DNA from: a virus
Length of the DNA: 31,290 bases
Virus record (IMG/VR): IMGVR_UViG_3300018025_000052
Span: 1-31,290 of that record
Reading direction: 5' to 3' (one strand)
Shown here in pieces: positions 18,715 to 25,992 of this stretch (its first letter is position 1; each line of letters begins with the position of its first letter). The notes under the pieces are model-generated. The model ran no database searches, was not told the origin of the DNA, and was given only the letters and a program-made list of their open reading frames with translations. Made by a program: the position numbers and the translations under genes.

Positions 18715-19091
18715 TGAAAAGCCTTCTTCCATGTCATAAAATGTTTTTTTCCACGAAGATAGTGAAATATGTGCTGTCGTGGTCCTACAATCACTGTTTT
18801 CTTTTTTAGAGCATCCGCAAAACCATTTTCCCAACAATGGCCTCCACGGGTGAAAAGAGTGTCCGGACTAACTGTAAACAAAACAAAATGTGTTGCTTTG
18901 TATAGTTCCTTTTTATCTCGTATAGCTGCTTTTCTTAAAAAAGATTCTGAAAGATTTGAAATACTAACTTTCGAAATTATGTGTTCATTTAACCACGTTG
19001 AAACAACTTTAATACCTACTGATTTCAAATCGTTAGCTGCTTTAGAAATTTCTTTTTTTCGAGAATAATGACCGGCGAGATATACCTTCAT
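18660..19091 (-). CDS. Nucleoside 2-deoxyribosyltransferase / nucleotide N-glycosidase-like protein
   Basis: MKVYLAG, S.WL, D..E...A, GGHCWENGFA.A..K, VGPR..IFH.L. Confidence 0.7.
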   Translation of the reverse strand: MKVYLAGHYSRKKEISKAANDLKSVGIKVVSTWLNEHIISKVSISNLSESFLRKAAIRDKKELYKATHFVLFTVSPDTLFTRGGHCWENGFADALKKKTVIVGPRQHIFHYLRGKKHFMTWKKAFQWLTKTSIVKRGKTRKTG

Positions 19092-19693
19092 ACTTTTTTC
19101 CATGAAAAGATGTATCGGATAGCCTGCATCGCCGCACTGTGAACGACGAATGGCTTTTCTCGATTGATACTACTTACGAAACTGCTGATGATGCGAGGTT
19201 CATATCTTTCGTACTCAAGCGCAAACAGACGGCAGTGCGGATACACACGTAGTCCACGAGGCCAGCGGTTGTGGCAGTGGCCGTGAATGTTGAGAGTCGC
19301 CCCGGCAGGAAGATGCTTGGACGGACGATGAGAAAAGTAAATTCCGCTCATGACGAGGCCGTCGCAAGCGTAGGCAAACCCGCTGTGCTTCATCCACCAG
19401 CTTATAGACTTACTATCGTGGTTGCCTCGTATTAGAATCTTCATGCCCGGCAAGGTCTGTATCCAGCCTTGCTTGACGGCGAAGAGCCAAGCTACATCGC
19501 CTAGATGAATGATGATGTCTTGTGGAGCTACCAGCCTGCGCCAGTTCCGGCAGATGCGGGCATCCACGTCCTCCGGTCGGCGAGTGTGTTTCTTGATTTC
19601 GCTATGGCCGAAGTGCGTGTCTCCGATTACCCAATAGCGCACTTTCTCCGGTTGCACGTTGTGCAGTTCACTGAGCGGTAGCAGGGCTGACAC
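19088..19693 (-). CDS. Calcineurin-like metallophosphoesterase
   Basis: GDTHFGH, HLGDV, RGNHD, FSH and HGHCH. Confidence 0.9.
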   Translation of the reverse strand: MSALLPLSELHNVQPEKVRYWVIGDTHFGHSEIKKHTRRPEDVDARICRNWRRLVAPQDIIIHLGDVAWLFAVKQGWIQTLPGMKILIRGNHDSKSISWWMKHSGFAYACDGLVMSGIYFSHRPSKHLPAGATLNIHGHCHNRWPRGLRVYPHCRLFALEYERYEPRIISSFVSSINREKPFVVHSAAMQAIRYIFSWKKV

Positions 19694-20132
19694 TGGCAGC
19701 CTCCTGAGTGAAGGGTTTGGTTACCACTGGCACCGCATGGAGCCGCGCCAGCGCAGTTCTGGCGTTGTACAGCTTGCGGGCTAGGCGCACGGCTTTACGC
19801 GCAAGAGACCTCTGCATGTGCCGGTTGGAGAGACCGACTACGCGAGGCGGGCACTTGACTAGCTCGCCGTCCGGCCCTTTGATCGTATCAGCGGCCTTGC
19901 AGCTACACAAGGCGTCGCCCTTGTAGAAGATGCGCCCGCACATGGGGCATTCACACTCGATGGCTCGGATAGGAGCCAAAGGCGGAGTCTTGAGGCGGGT
20001 TTCGATTTCAATTTGCTCCGCCGTGGTGTCAACGTCTGGATTCTCCACTAGCGTTGTCAGGCGGTCAATCAGAATCATACGGTCAAAAGCGCGGCTCATT
20101 GCAGCCACCTCGGAAAGATGAGATTGTACCAC
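19668..20132 (-). CDS. Hypothetical protein with CxC-x-CxxC / CSC cysteine cluster
   Basis: Operon-packed ORF containing ECECPMCG..LCSC. The exact start is uncertain. Confidence 0.55.
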   Translation of the reverse strand: MVQSHLSEVAAMSRAFDRMILIDRLTTLVENPDVDTTAEQIEIETRLKTPPLAPIRAIECECPMCGRIFYKGDALCSCKAADTIKGPDGELVKCPPRVVGLSNRHMQRSLARKAVRLARKLYNARTALARLHAVPVVTKPFTQEAASVSPATAQ

Positions 20133-20332
20133 GGAAGCCGCTCACGGCGTTCCACAGCAAGGATGTCTTGCACGAGGGAACTGATTGCCTCCGCCGTTAT
20201 CTTTTCCCACTCGAATGTGGGAATGGGCGTGCCGGACCACGCAAGACGTAGAGCACTCTGTTCGAGTTGCTCGACTATCTCACCGGCTACATCTATAATC
20301 AGCCTCTCGTAGTTCTTCCCGTTTGCGTTCAT
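20096..20332 (-). CDS. Hypothetical protein (78 aa)
   Basis: RBS AGGAG, directly downstream of a promoter. Confidence 0.65.
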   Translation of the reverse strand: MNANGKNYERLIIDVAGEIVEQLEQSALRLAWSGTPIPTFEWEKITAEAISSLVQDILAVERRERLPWYNLIFPRWLQ

Positions 20333-20350
20333 GTCATTCTCCTACATTCC

Positions 20351-20380
20351 AGACTACAATAAAATGGCTTGTGTTGTCAA
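20351..20380 (-). promoter_or_regulatory. Sigma70-type promoter TTGACA-N18-TAGTCT
   Basis: Located between the tRNA 3' end and the RBS of the 20332 ORF. Confidence 0.6.
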
Positions 20381-20388
20381 GCGAAAAG

Positions 20389-20462
20389 TGGGTTGCCGGA
20401 CGGGAATCGAACCCGCGTAGCAAGAGCCACGGTCCTGCGCTCTACCACTGAGCTACCGGCAA
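20389..20462 (-). tRNA. tRNA-His(GUG) with encoded CCA and atypical features
   Basis: Acceptor TTGCCGG/CCGGCAA; D arm GCTC-AGTGGTA-GAGC; anticodon stem CAGGA/TCTTG with loop CC-GTG-GC; T arm GCGGG-TTCGATT-CCCGT; C73 then CCA. Confidence 0.85.
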
Positions 20463-20467
20463 ACTCG

Positions 20468-20767
20468 TTAAGGCATAAATAGCTTGCCTCGTGGATTCTG
20501 CGGAGGGGGAAAGCCGTACCCGCCTTGAAACATTCCGGGAGGGAAGTTTCCTGATGAGGCGATTTCCGGCATCTTTATCCCGGCCATTGCAATGTTGAAT
20601 ACCGCGCCGCACTTCGCACAGTAGATGACTTGCAAGATGGGGATAGGTTGGCCCGCCGGTATGTCAGGGACTTCCTTTGTGGCCGCGTTCAATTGCAGCG
20701 GTTCGTTGTGACAGTACTGGCATTTGGGTAAGACTTTTGGCGGCTGTTTGGCTGCATCTTCGCTCAT
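20468..20767 (-). CDS. Small zinc-finger protein (CxxC...CxxC)
   Basis: CQYC...CAKC, coupled to the lysozyme gene by a 4-nt overlap. Confidence 0.65.
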   Translation of the reverse strand: MSEDAAKQPPKVLPKCQYCHNEPLQLNAATKEVPDIPAGQPIPILQVIYCAKCGAVFNIAMAGIKMPEIASSGNFPPGMFQGGYGFPPPQNPRGKLFMP

Positions 20768-21204
20768 GTGTTGTCTCCTGATTCAAATAAGGCTTCCTCT
20801 GCCTTGCGCCTTTTGAGTAGGCCAGCCAAGTGCTGTCCGCCTGCCATGTCCCACATCTCTAGCACCTTGGCTGCGCCGTGATAGTCTTTGTTGTTGAGCA
20901 GCCGGAGTGTTGTTGACTTCTCGAAATTTCCGCTTCCAGCATTGAACACGAAGTCCACAAGGCCATCGAACTCCGGCTGCGTTAGTGGAACATGCACGAC
21001 GCGGTTGACTTCGGATTCAGCCCATGCCACGTCTGAGAGTAGCCAAGCATCGGCTTGTTCCTGCGTGCAGGTCATGCCCTCGACCACTTTATAGGTATGC
21101 CCCCAACCAATGGTATAGACCTTTCCGTTGGCGTCCCAATAGGCTACAAGCCTGCATTGCTCGAAGTTTTCAGTTAACTTCATTCCGTCTTTGGAATATC
21201 GCAT
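20764..21204 (-). CDS. GH24 phage lysozyme (endolysin-type)
   Basis: FEQCRL.AY.D...YTIGWGHT (E-x8-D-x6-T), FD.LVDFVFNAG and GL..RR.AE. Confidence 0.92.
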   Translation of the reverse strand: MRYSKDGMKLTENFEQCRLVAYWDANGKVYTIGWGHTYKVVEGMTCTQEQADAWLLSDVAWAESEVNRVVHVPLTQPEFDGLVDFVFNAGSGNFEKSTTLRLLNNKDYHGAAKVLEMWDMAGGQHLAGLLKRRKAEEALFESGDNT

Positions 21205-22331
21205 ACTGCTTTTTCCTTCCCATCGTCTTCCTCGATCACTTGGCAGGCGGCTGGTACGATTTCGTCTGTGTTCTGTTCTTTGAATATGGCTGTAATGGCT
21301 TTGTCTTGTATGTCAAGAACGACCATGCCCGGCTTGCGTAGTTGGCCTGTGCCGATGATCGTTGCCAAAGGACTGACGATGTGTTCCTCGATCATGCGCT
21401 TGATGTTGCGAGCGCCGTGTTTCGGGTCAGACCCCTTGCTCAGAAACTCATTCAATTTCGTAGTCACGCCAAGTGTGAACACGAGTTGTTGTGGGGTGGG
21501 ACTGCGTTCGTTTGCAGCCATCACGACACTCAACCCGCGATTCCATACTTTCCAAACTTCGATGTTAATGATTCGGTTAATGGCCTCGGCGGTGAGAGGC
21601 TTGTATACCAGAATCTTGTTGATACGCCCCATGAACTCAGGGTCGAACTTTCGTTTCGCGGCGGAGGTAGCCTGCTTTGAAATGTCCCTGAAAGCCTCGA
21701 CGTAATCCCTAGCCTCGGCGAAGCCAATGGACTCTTGGTTGATGACCCGGCTACCTACGTTGCTGGTGAGAAAGATGAGCGCCCGCGTCAAGTCGATGCG
21801 CATATTGCGGCCATCGTACATCTCACCTTTGTCCAGAATGCCCAACAGAAGCTCCCACAGGCGTGGGCTGGCCTTCTCAATTTCATCGAAGAGTATTACG
21901 CTCACCTTCGGGCCTTCTTGCGTCCAGCCACGTTGTAGGTTCTCGGGACATAGAAGTGGGCGTGTACCCTTGTTTCCGGCCTCGGCGGGGTTGTAGTGCC
22001 CAGCATAGCCCGGTGGAGACCCTATAATGCGAGCTACTTGGTGATCTTCGGTATATTCTGCGCAGTTGATCTTTATCATGCAATCCGGGTCTCCGTGGAT
22101 TGCTTCGGCGATTGACTCTACGGTCAACGTCTTGCCAACCCCAGTCGGTCCCAAAAGTAAAGAATTAAACATTGGTTTAGACGGGTCTGACAGGCCAACC
22201 CACGCAACCTCGAATGACCTGCTAAGATCATTTAAGGCGTCGTCCTGACCCACTATGCGCTTGAAGAGCAAGTCTTCAAACTTTTGCCGCGCTTTGGTTT
22301 TAAGTGTCAGGTCCAGCGGAATGTTAGCCAT
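21180..22331 (-). CDS. Single-module Clp AAA+ ATPase (ClpA/ClpC D2-like) with IGF ClpP-docking loop
   Basis: IVGQ..A, GPTGVGKT, RIIGSPPGYAG, ILFDEIEKA, LTSNVG..ESIGF, FDPEFMGRI, GARNIKR. There is no N-domain or D1. Confidence 0.85.
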   Translation of the reverse strand: MANIPLDLTLKTKARQKFEDLLFKRIVGQDDALNDLSRSFEVAWVGLSDPSKPMFNSLLLGPTGVGKTLTVESIAEAIHGDPDCMIKINCAEYTEDHQVARIIGSPPGYAGHYNPAEAGNKGTRPLLCPENLQRGWTQEGPKVSVILFDEIEKASPRLWELLLGILDKGEMYDGRNMRIDLTRALIFLTSNVGSRVINQESIGFAEARDYVEAFRDISKQATSAAKRKFDPEFMGRINKILVYKPLTAEAINRIINIEVWKVWNRGLSVVMAANERSPTPQQLVFTLGVTTKLNEFLSKGSDPKHGARNIKRMIEEHIVSPLATIIGTGQLRKPGMVVLDIQDKAITAIFKEQNTDEIVPAACQVIEEDDGKEKAVCDIPKTE

Positions 22332-22367
22332 TTTTATCCTGTAAATAATGAATAGTAGCTTTAAGAA

Positions 22368-23063
22368 TTAAAATACTATCCTTAAAACCGGATTATGAAT
22401 TTTATAGACATAGCAATGTTTCCCCGGCAATTCAATCGAAATCAATTCTCCTTGGTCATACTTTGCTCGAAGTTTTTTCACGAACGGTTTGTAATCCCCA
22501 TTGTATTTCGTCCTAAGTGCGCGGGAATGATAAGTCCGTCCGGTTTCGGGGTCTGTGAATCCTCTGTCCTTTCCGCTGAGACCTATATATTCAAAATTGG
22601 ATGCTTTGTAGATTACACCGCTATGTCCGTGCATCGGGTCAGCATAACTAACAACAATTTTGATTTCAGGCGCATTCTTTTTAATCCAACGCAAGGTATA
22701 GCCGATCATGCGGCTTTCAGCGTTTTTCCCCACCGAATCAAGGAAAACTAATCGCCGTAATTCCAGTACCTCTTTTTCGGATTCTCCAAATCTTTTCCAA
22801 GCCGTAGTTGAAAATTGACCGTAAACAACCGCACCGACCAACGCGCCTTTATACGTGGCCGAAAAGCAGAAAGAAATTTTCACCCCATTCAAATTATGTG
22901 AGTAATGATGCTGTTCTACAAACATCCGAATATCCGAAAGTTTGCATTGCGCAATTACAAAATCTGTCGCTGAAATTTGGAGCGAAGGAGTCGGAATCGA
23001 ACCGCTACCTGACTGCTGGTTGACAGTCTGTCCTACCATTAAACGACCTCCGCACTTCTGCAA
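22368..23063 (-). CDS. Mom-like (GNAT-fold) DNA adenine-modification protein
   Basis: HHYS, LELRRL, KNAESRMI..L, IVVSYAD..GH.G.IYKASNF.Y.G match Mu Mom-family motifs. The start is ambiguous (TTG 23063 or ATG 23039). Confidence 0.78.
   Translation of the reverse strand: MQKCGGRLMVGQTVNQQSGSGSIPTPSLQISATDFVIAQCKLSDIRMFVEQHHYSHNLNGVKISFCFSATYKGALVGAVVYGQFSTTAWKRFGESEKEVLELRRLVFLDSVGKNAESRMIGYTLRWIKKNAPEIKIVVSYADPMHGHSGVIYKASNFEYIGLSGKDRGFTDPETGRTYHSRALRTKYNGDYKPFVKKLRAKYDQGELISIELPGKHCYVYKIHNPVLRIVF
22978..23053 (-). ncRNA. tRNA-like cloverleaf embedded in the 5' coding region of the Mom-like gene
   Basis: Acceptor GCGGAGG/CCTTCGC, then T and CCA; D arm GTTT-AATGGTA-GGAC; stem GACTG/CAGTC with an 8-nt loop TCAACCAG; T loop GGTTCGATTCC with a bulged stem. 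Confidence 0.7.
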
Positions 23064-23067
23064 ATTT

Positions 23068-23250
23068 TCATATTTTACCTTCGCACCAACAAGGCATCCA
23101 TATTAGCCCGTAGTGGGGGCACTTAAAGTCTTCGTGCTCCCACCACTGACCGCAATTAGGACAACGGTGTGGGTGAAGGGCCGTTCGTTCTTTCTTTACC
23201 GGCCCTTCTTTTGCGTCATTTGCTAGCTTCGCTCGTTTTACTGACGCCAT
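23068..23250 (-). CDS. Small Cys/His-rich zinc-ribbon-like protein
   Basis: HRCPNCG..WEH...CPH..PCWC, overlapping the recA 3' end. Confidence 0.55.
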   Translation of the reverse strand: MASVKRAKLANDAKEGPVKKERTALHPHRCPNCGQWWEHEDFKCPHYGLIWMPCWCEGKI

Positions 23251-24298
23251 CTTTGGCCTCCGTTTGTTTCAGGCGCTCTGTCATGGCTGTGAGAACTTTT
23301 TGGTACGTCTCAGTCACAGCCGGGGTATTCAAGGTGTCAATGGCGTTGCGCCGTCCTTGACCGAGGCGTTCGTTGTTAAAAGCGTACCATGCGCCCGATT
23401 TTTCTACTATACCATACTCCACGGCATTGTCAAGCAAATTCCCGGTCACGTCCAAACCCCGGTCAAACAGCAGGTCTATTTCAACTTCGCGGAACGGCGT
23501 CCCTACTTTGTTCTTTACGGCTTTGATGCGAGTCCTGTTTCCAATTATTGGAGCATCTTCGCCAGACCCTTCTTTGATTGCGCCGATGCGCCGCATGTCC
23601 AGCCGGACAGAGGCATAGAACTTCAAAGCACGTCCGCCGGTGGTGGTCTCCGGCGAGCCGAACATAACACCAATCTTTTCGCGGATTTGGTTGATAAATA
23701 TCACGACCGTCTTGCTCTTGTTGATCTTGCTCCGCAGCATCCGCATAGCCTGTGACATGAGCCTAGCCTGTAAGCCTACGTTGGCATCGCCGATCTCGCC
23801 GTCAAGCTCGGCTTGGGGCACCAGTGCGGCAACGGAGTCTACAACGATCACTCCGAAGGCGGCGGATTCGACAAGCATGTCCAAAATTCCAAGAGCTTCT
23901 TCTCCGCTGTCCGGCTGGCTAATCATGAGAGCTTTAACATTGACTCCGTTTGTCGATGCCCACTTCGGGTCTACGGAGTTTTCTGCGTCGATGTACGCGG
24001 CTAGCTCGCCCACAGCTTGTGCAGCGCCGACAATGTGCAGCGCGAGGGTGGTCTTGCCGCTGGCTTCTGGTCCGAAGATTTCGATGATGCGTCCTCGGGG
24101 TACTCCGCCTATACCGAGAAGATCGTGATCGACGCTCCAAATGCCGGTAGGTATATGCGGCATCGGTATGCCTAGTTGTCTGGCCATAGAGAAGATCGCT
24201 CCCTTGCCGTACTTCTCTTCAACTTTCCCAAAAACTTGACTGGCTGCTTTCAGCTTGTCCTGTTTGGTTTGCGGTGTTTCGACAGGTACGTCGCTCAT
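23216..24298 (-). CDS. recA: RecA recombinase
   Basis: GGVPRGRIIEIFGPEASGKTT, IVVDSVAALVP, GLQARLMSQAMR, FINQIREKIGVMFGSPETTTGGRALKFYASVR. Confidence 0.98.
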   Translation of the reverse strand: MSDVPVETPQTKQDKLKAASQVFGKVEEKYGKGAIFSMARQLGIPMPHIPTGIWSVDHDLLGIGGVPRGRIIEIFGPEASGKTTLALHIVGAAQAVGELAAYIDAENSVDPKWASTNGVNVKALMISQPDSGEEALGILDMLVESAAFGVIVVDSVAALVPQAELDGEIGDANVGLQARLMSQAMRMLRSKINKSKTVVIFINQIREKIGVMFGSPETTTGGRALKFYASVRLDMRRIGAIKEGSGEDAPIIGNRTRIKAVKNKVGTPFREVEIDLLFDRGLDVTGNLLDNAVEYGIVEKSGAWYAFNNERLGQGRRNAIDTLNTPAVTETYQKVLTAMTERLKQTEAKDGVSKTSEASK

Positions 24299-24566
24299 GT
24301 TTCTTTTTCTCCGGTTTCAAAAGGTCTTTAACGAGAGATGTTACAAAATCTCGTATTGCTTCTTCACGAACGTTCTGCGCTCGCATGATCTTGACTTCGT
24401 AGGCGTAGTATTCGCAGGCTGTTTGGAAAAGCAGTTTTGCTAATTCTTGTGTTTTTTTAAAAGAAAAGATTTCTTCAGACAAATCCCCATATTGTGCATG
24501 GTCAGGTCCGGGGGTGATGATGTGAAGCTGGCCGTGCTTGTCAACACGAAACTCAGGAAGAGCCAT
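24219..24566 (-). CDS. Hypothetical protein (115 aa)
   Basis: Operon-packed ORF with no recognised motif. Confidence 0.55.
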   Translation of the reverse strand: MALPEFRVDKHGQLHIITPGPDHAQYGDLSEEIFSFKKTQELAKLLFQTACEYYAYEVKIMRAQNVREEAIRDFVTSLVKDLLKPEKKKHERRTCRNTANQTGQAESSQSSFWES

Positions 24567-24999
24567 TGCGGGTCGTCCTTTCCGGCCTGTTGTAGGTCTC
24601 GCTAAAGTAGTCCTTGATTGGGTAGATGCCCCGGCGCTTGAAGGCTTCTCCTAGCCGGTCAATCAGAAAGACGTACTTCTGCGTTTCTGGAATGGAAACG
24701 CGCACGGTATCTACTAGGTGATAAAATAACCGGCGGTGGTGCGGAGGCAACGTGTGTTTTACGGTGAGGTCAACGTCCGTGATGAAATCACTTTGCGTTG
24801 GTTTGATTCTTCCCTCAGCGCGGGTAGCTGGCGACTCTCCCGGATTGCGACCGGGGTTGATCGACGGCACGCATCCTGATATACGCAAGGATTCCTGATA
24901 AGGAAAGAATACACCTTCAAACACGCTTTGCCAGTACGAACGCACTGGCGTCGGCTTTTTTGGCTTAGGCTTGTCTTTGTGTTTACGCAGACGCTTCAT
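24553..24999 (-). CDS. Hypothetical protein with basic N-terminus (148 aa)
   Basis: RBS AGGAG; overlaps both neighbours. Confidence 0.6.
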   Translation of the reverse strand: MKRLRKHKDKPKPKKPTPVRSYWQSVFEGVFFPYQESLRISGCVPSINPGRNPGESPATRAEGRIKPTQSDFITDVDLTVKHTLPPHHRRLFYHLVDTVRVSIPETQKYVFLIDRLGEAFKRRGIYPIKDYFSETYNRPERTTRNGSS

Positions 25000-25426
25000 T
25001 GGGGTCTCCTGTCTGAATGACTACGCCAGTCGCTCCGTTTGGACTCGACGGTGAGGTTGGAAAGATCACGCATTGTAGCAGCCTCAGAAAGTCTATCCAG
25101 TTCATCGTGACCATCGGCTCCGTCTTATTGCGAGAGTGAATGAGAAGGAGCATGAAAGCACTGTTTTGGTAGACCTCTTTATAATCCTGAAACGTCTTGG
25201 CGACGTTTAGATGCTCGACGTTTTTGCATTCTATATTGAATGGCAATATCTTACGAGCCGCCGGGCTGAGCATGATGTCGGAAAAGCCTTCTCCGCCTTG
25301 CGTAGCCATTGGCCGTGATACGATGTCATCAGCCACTAGGCCAAGATTCTTCACAAGCTGTAAAAGATCGAAGGCTACTCGTTTCTGTAGCCTACGGCCT
25401 TTTGCTTTGCAACTTGATGTTTTCAT
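24983..25426 (-). CDS. PD-(D/E)xK Holliday junction resolvase-like nuclease
   Basis: KAKGRRLQ..VA, SDIMLS, IECKN.E.LN, HSRN....V.M. ATG 25426 follows GGAGGG. Confidence 0.75.
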   Translation of the reverse strand: MKTSSCKAKGRRLQKRVAFDLLQLVKNLGLVADDIVSRPMATQGGEGFSDIMLSPAARKILPFNIECKNVEHLNVAKTFQDYKEVYQNSAFMLLLIHSRNKTEPMVTMNWIDFLRLLQCVIFPTSPSSPNGATGVVIQTGDPNEASA

Positions 25427-25992
25427 GAACAACCCTCCGTCCAATTCATGCAAACGTAACACGCTCCGTTGCGAACGGTGATGGCCCCGCAATCTTTGCA
25501 GGCTGGCGCGTCTGTAGTTTGTGTAGAAATGGTGACGCCTTCAGGGTGCTCAGCGGAGATAAGCATGGCTCCGGCAGATTCGTTTGACGACGGGGGCACA
25601 GCCTTTTTATTTTCTTGTTGTTGTGATGGGGGCTTAAGGAATTTAGAAATAAGCCATCGCCCAACATAGTCCATGGGACTTTTAGCAAATTTTATATCTT
25701 GATTTTTCGTCCATCCGCTAGGCTCGAACCGTGTGTGAGCGAGCTTGCTGCACAAGTCTTCCAGCGGCACACCGTATTGCAGCGCAAGAGAAGCAACAAT
25801 GGCAAAACAGTCCATCACGCCTGAGATTGTTGAACCTTCTTTGGACATGTTAATGAAAAGTTCACCGGGAGTTCCGTCTTCGTATAGACCTACAGTGATG
25901 TAGCCTTCGTGACCGGCAATGTCCATCTTGTGAGTGATGGCTTGACGCTCATTGGGCAGCCTACGGCGTTCTGGCATTGGTTGAGTCCTCAT
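25423..25992 (-). CDS. Stand-alone C-terminal (TSCPD / NrdJb-like) domain of class II ribonucleotide reductase
   Basis: RRRLP.ER..ITHK..IAGHEGYITVGLYEDG.PGELFI.MSKEGST, FEPSG, S..DY..RWL, C..CG....RNGACY.C, terminal GCS. Confidence 0.85.
   Translation of the reverse strand: MRTQPMPERRRLPNERQAITHKMDIAGHEGYITVGLYEDGTPGELFINMSKEGSTISGVMDCFAIVASLALQYGVPLEDLCSKLAHTRFEPSGWTKNQDIKFAKSPMDYVGRWLISKFLKPPSQQQENKKAVPPSSNESAGAMLISAEHPEGVTISTQTTDAPACKDCGAITVRNGACYVCMNWTEGCS

Noticed and set aside
22978-23053. A normal decoding tRNA
   Set aside because: The 8-nt anticodon loop has no U33/purine-37 pattern, the T stem is bulged, and the element sits inside a coding frame.
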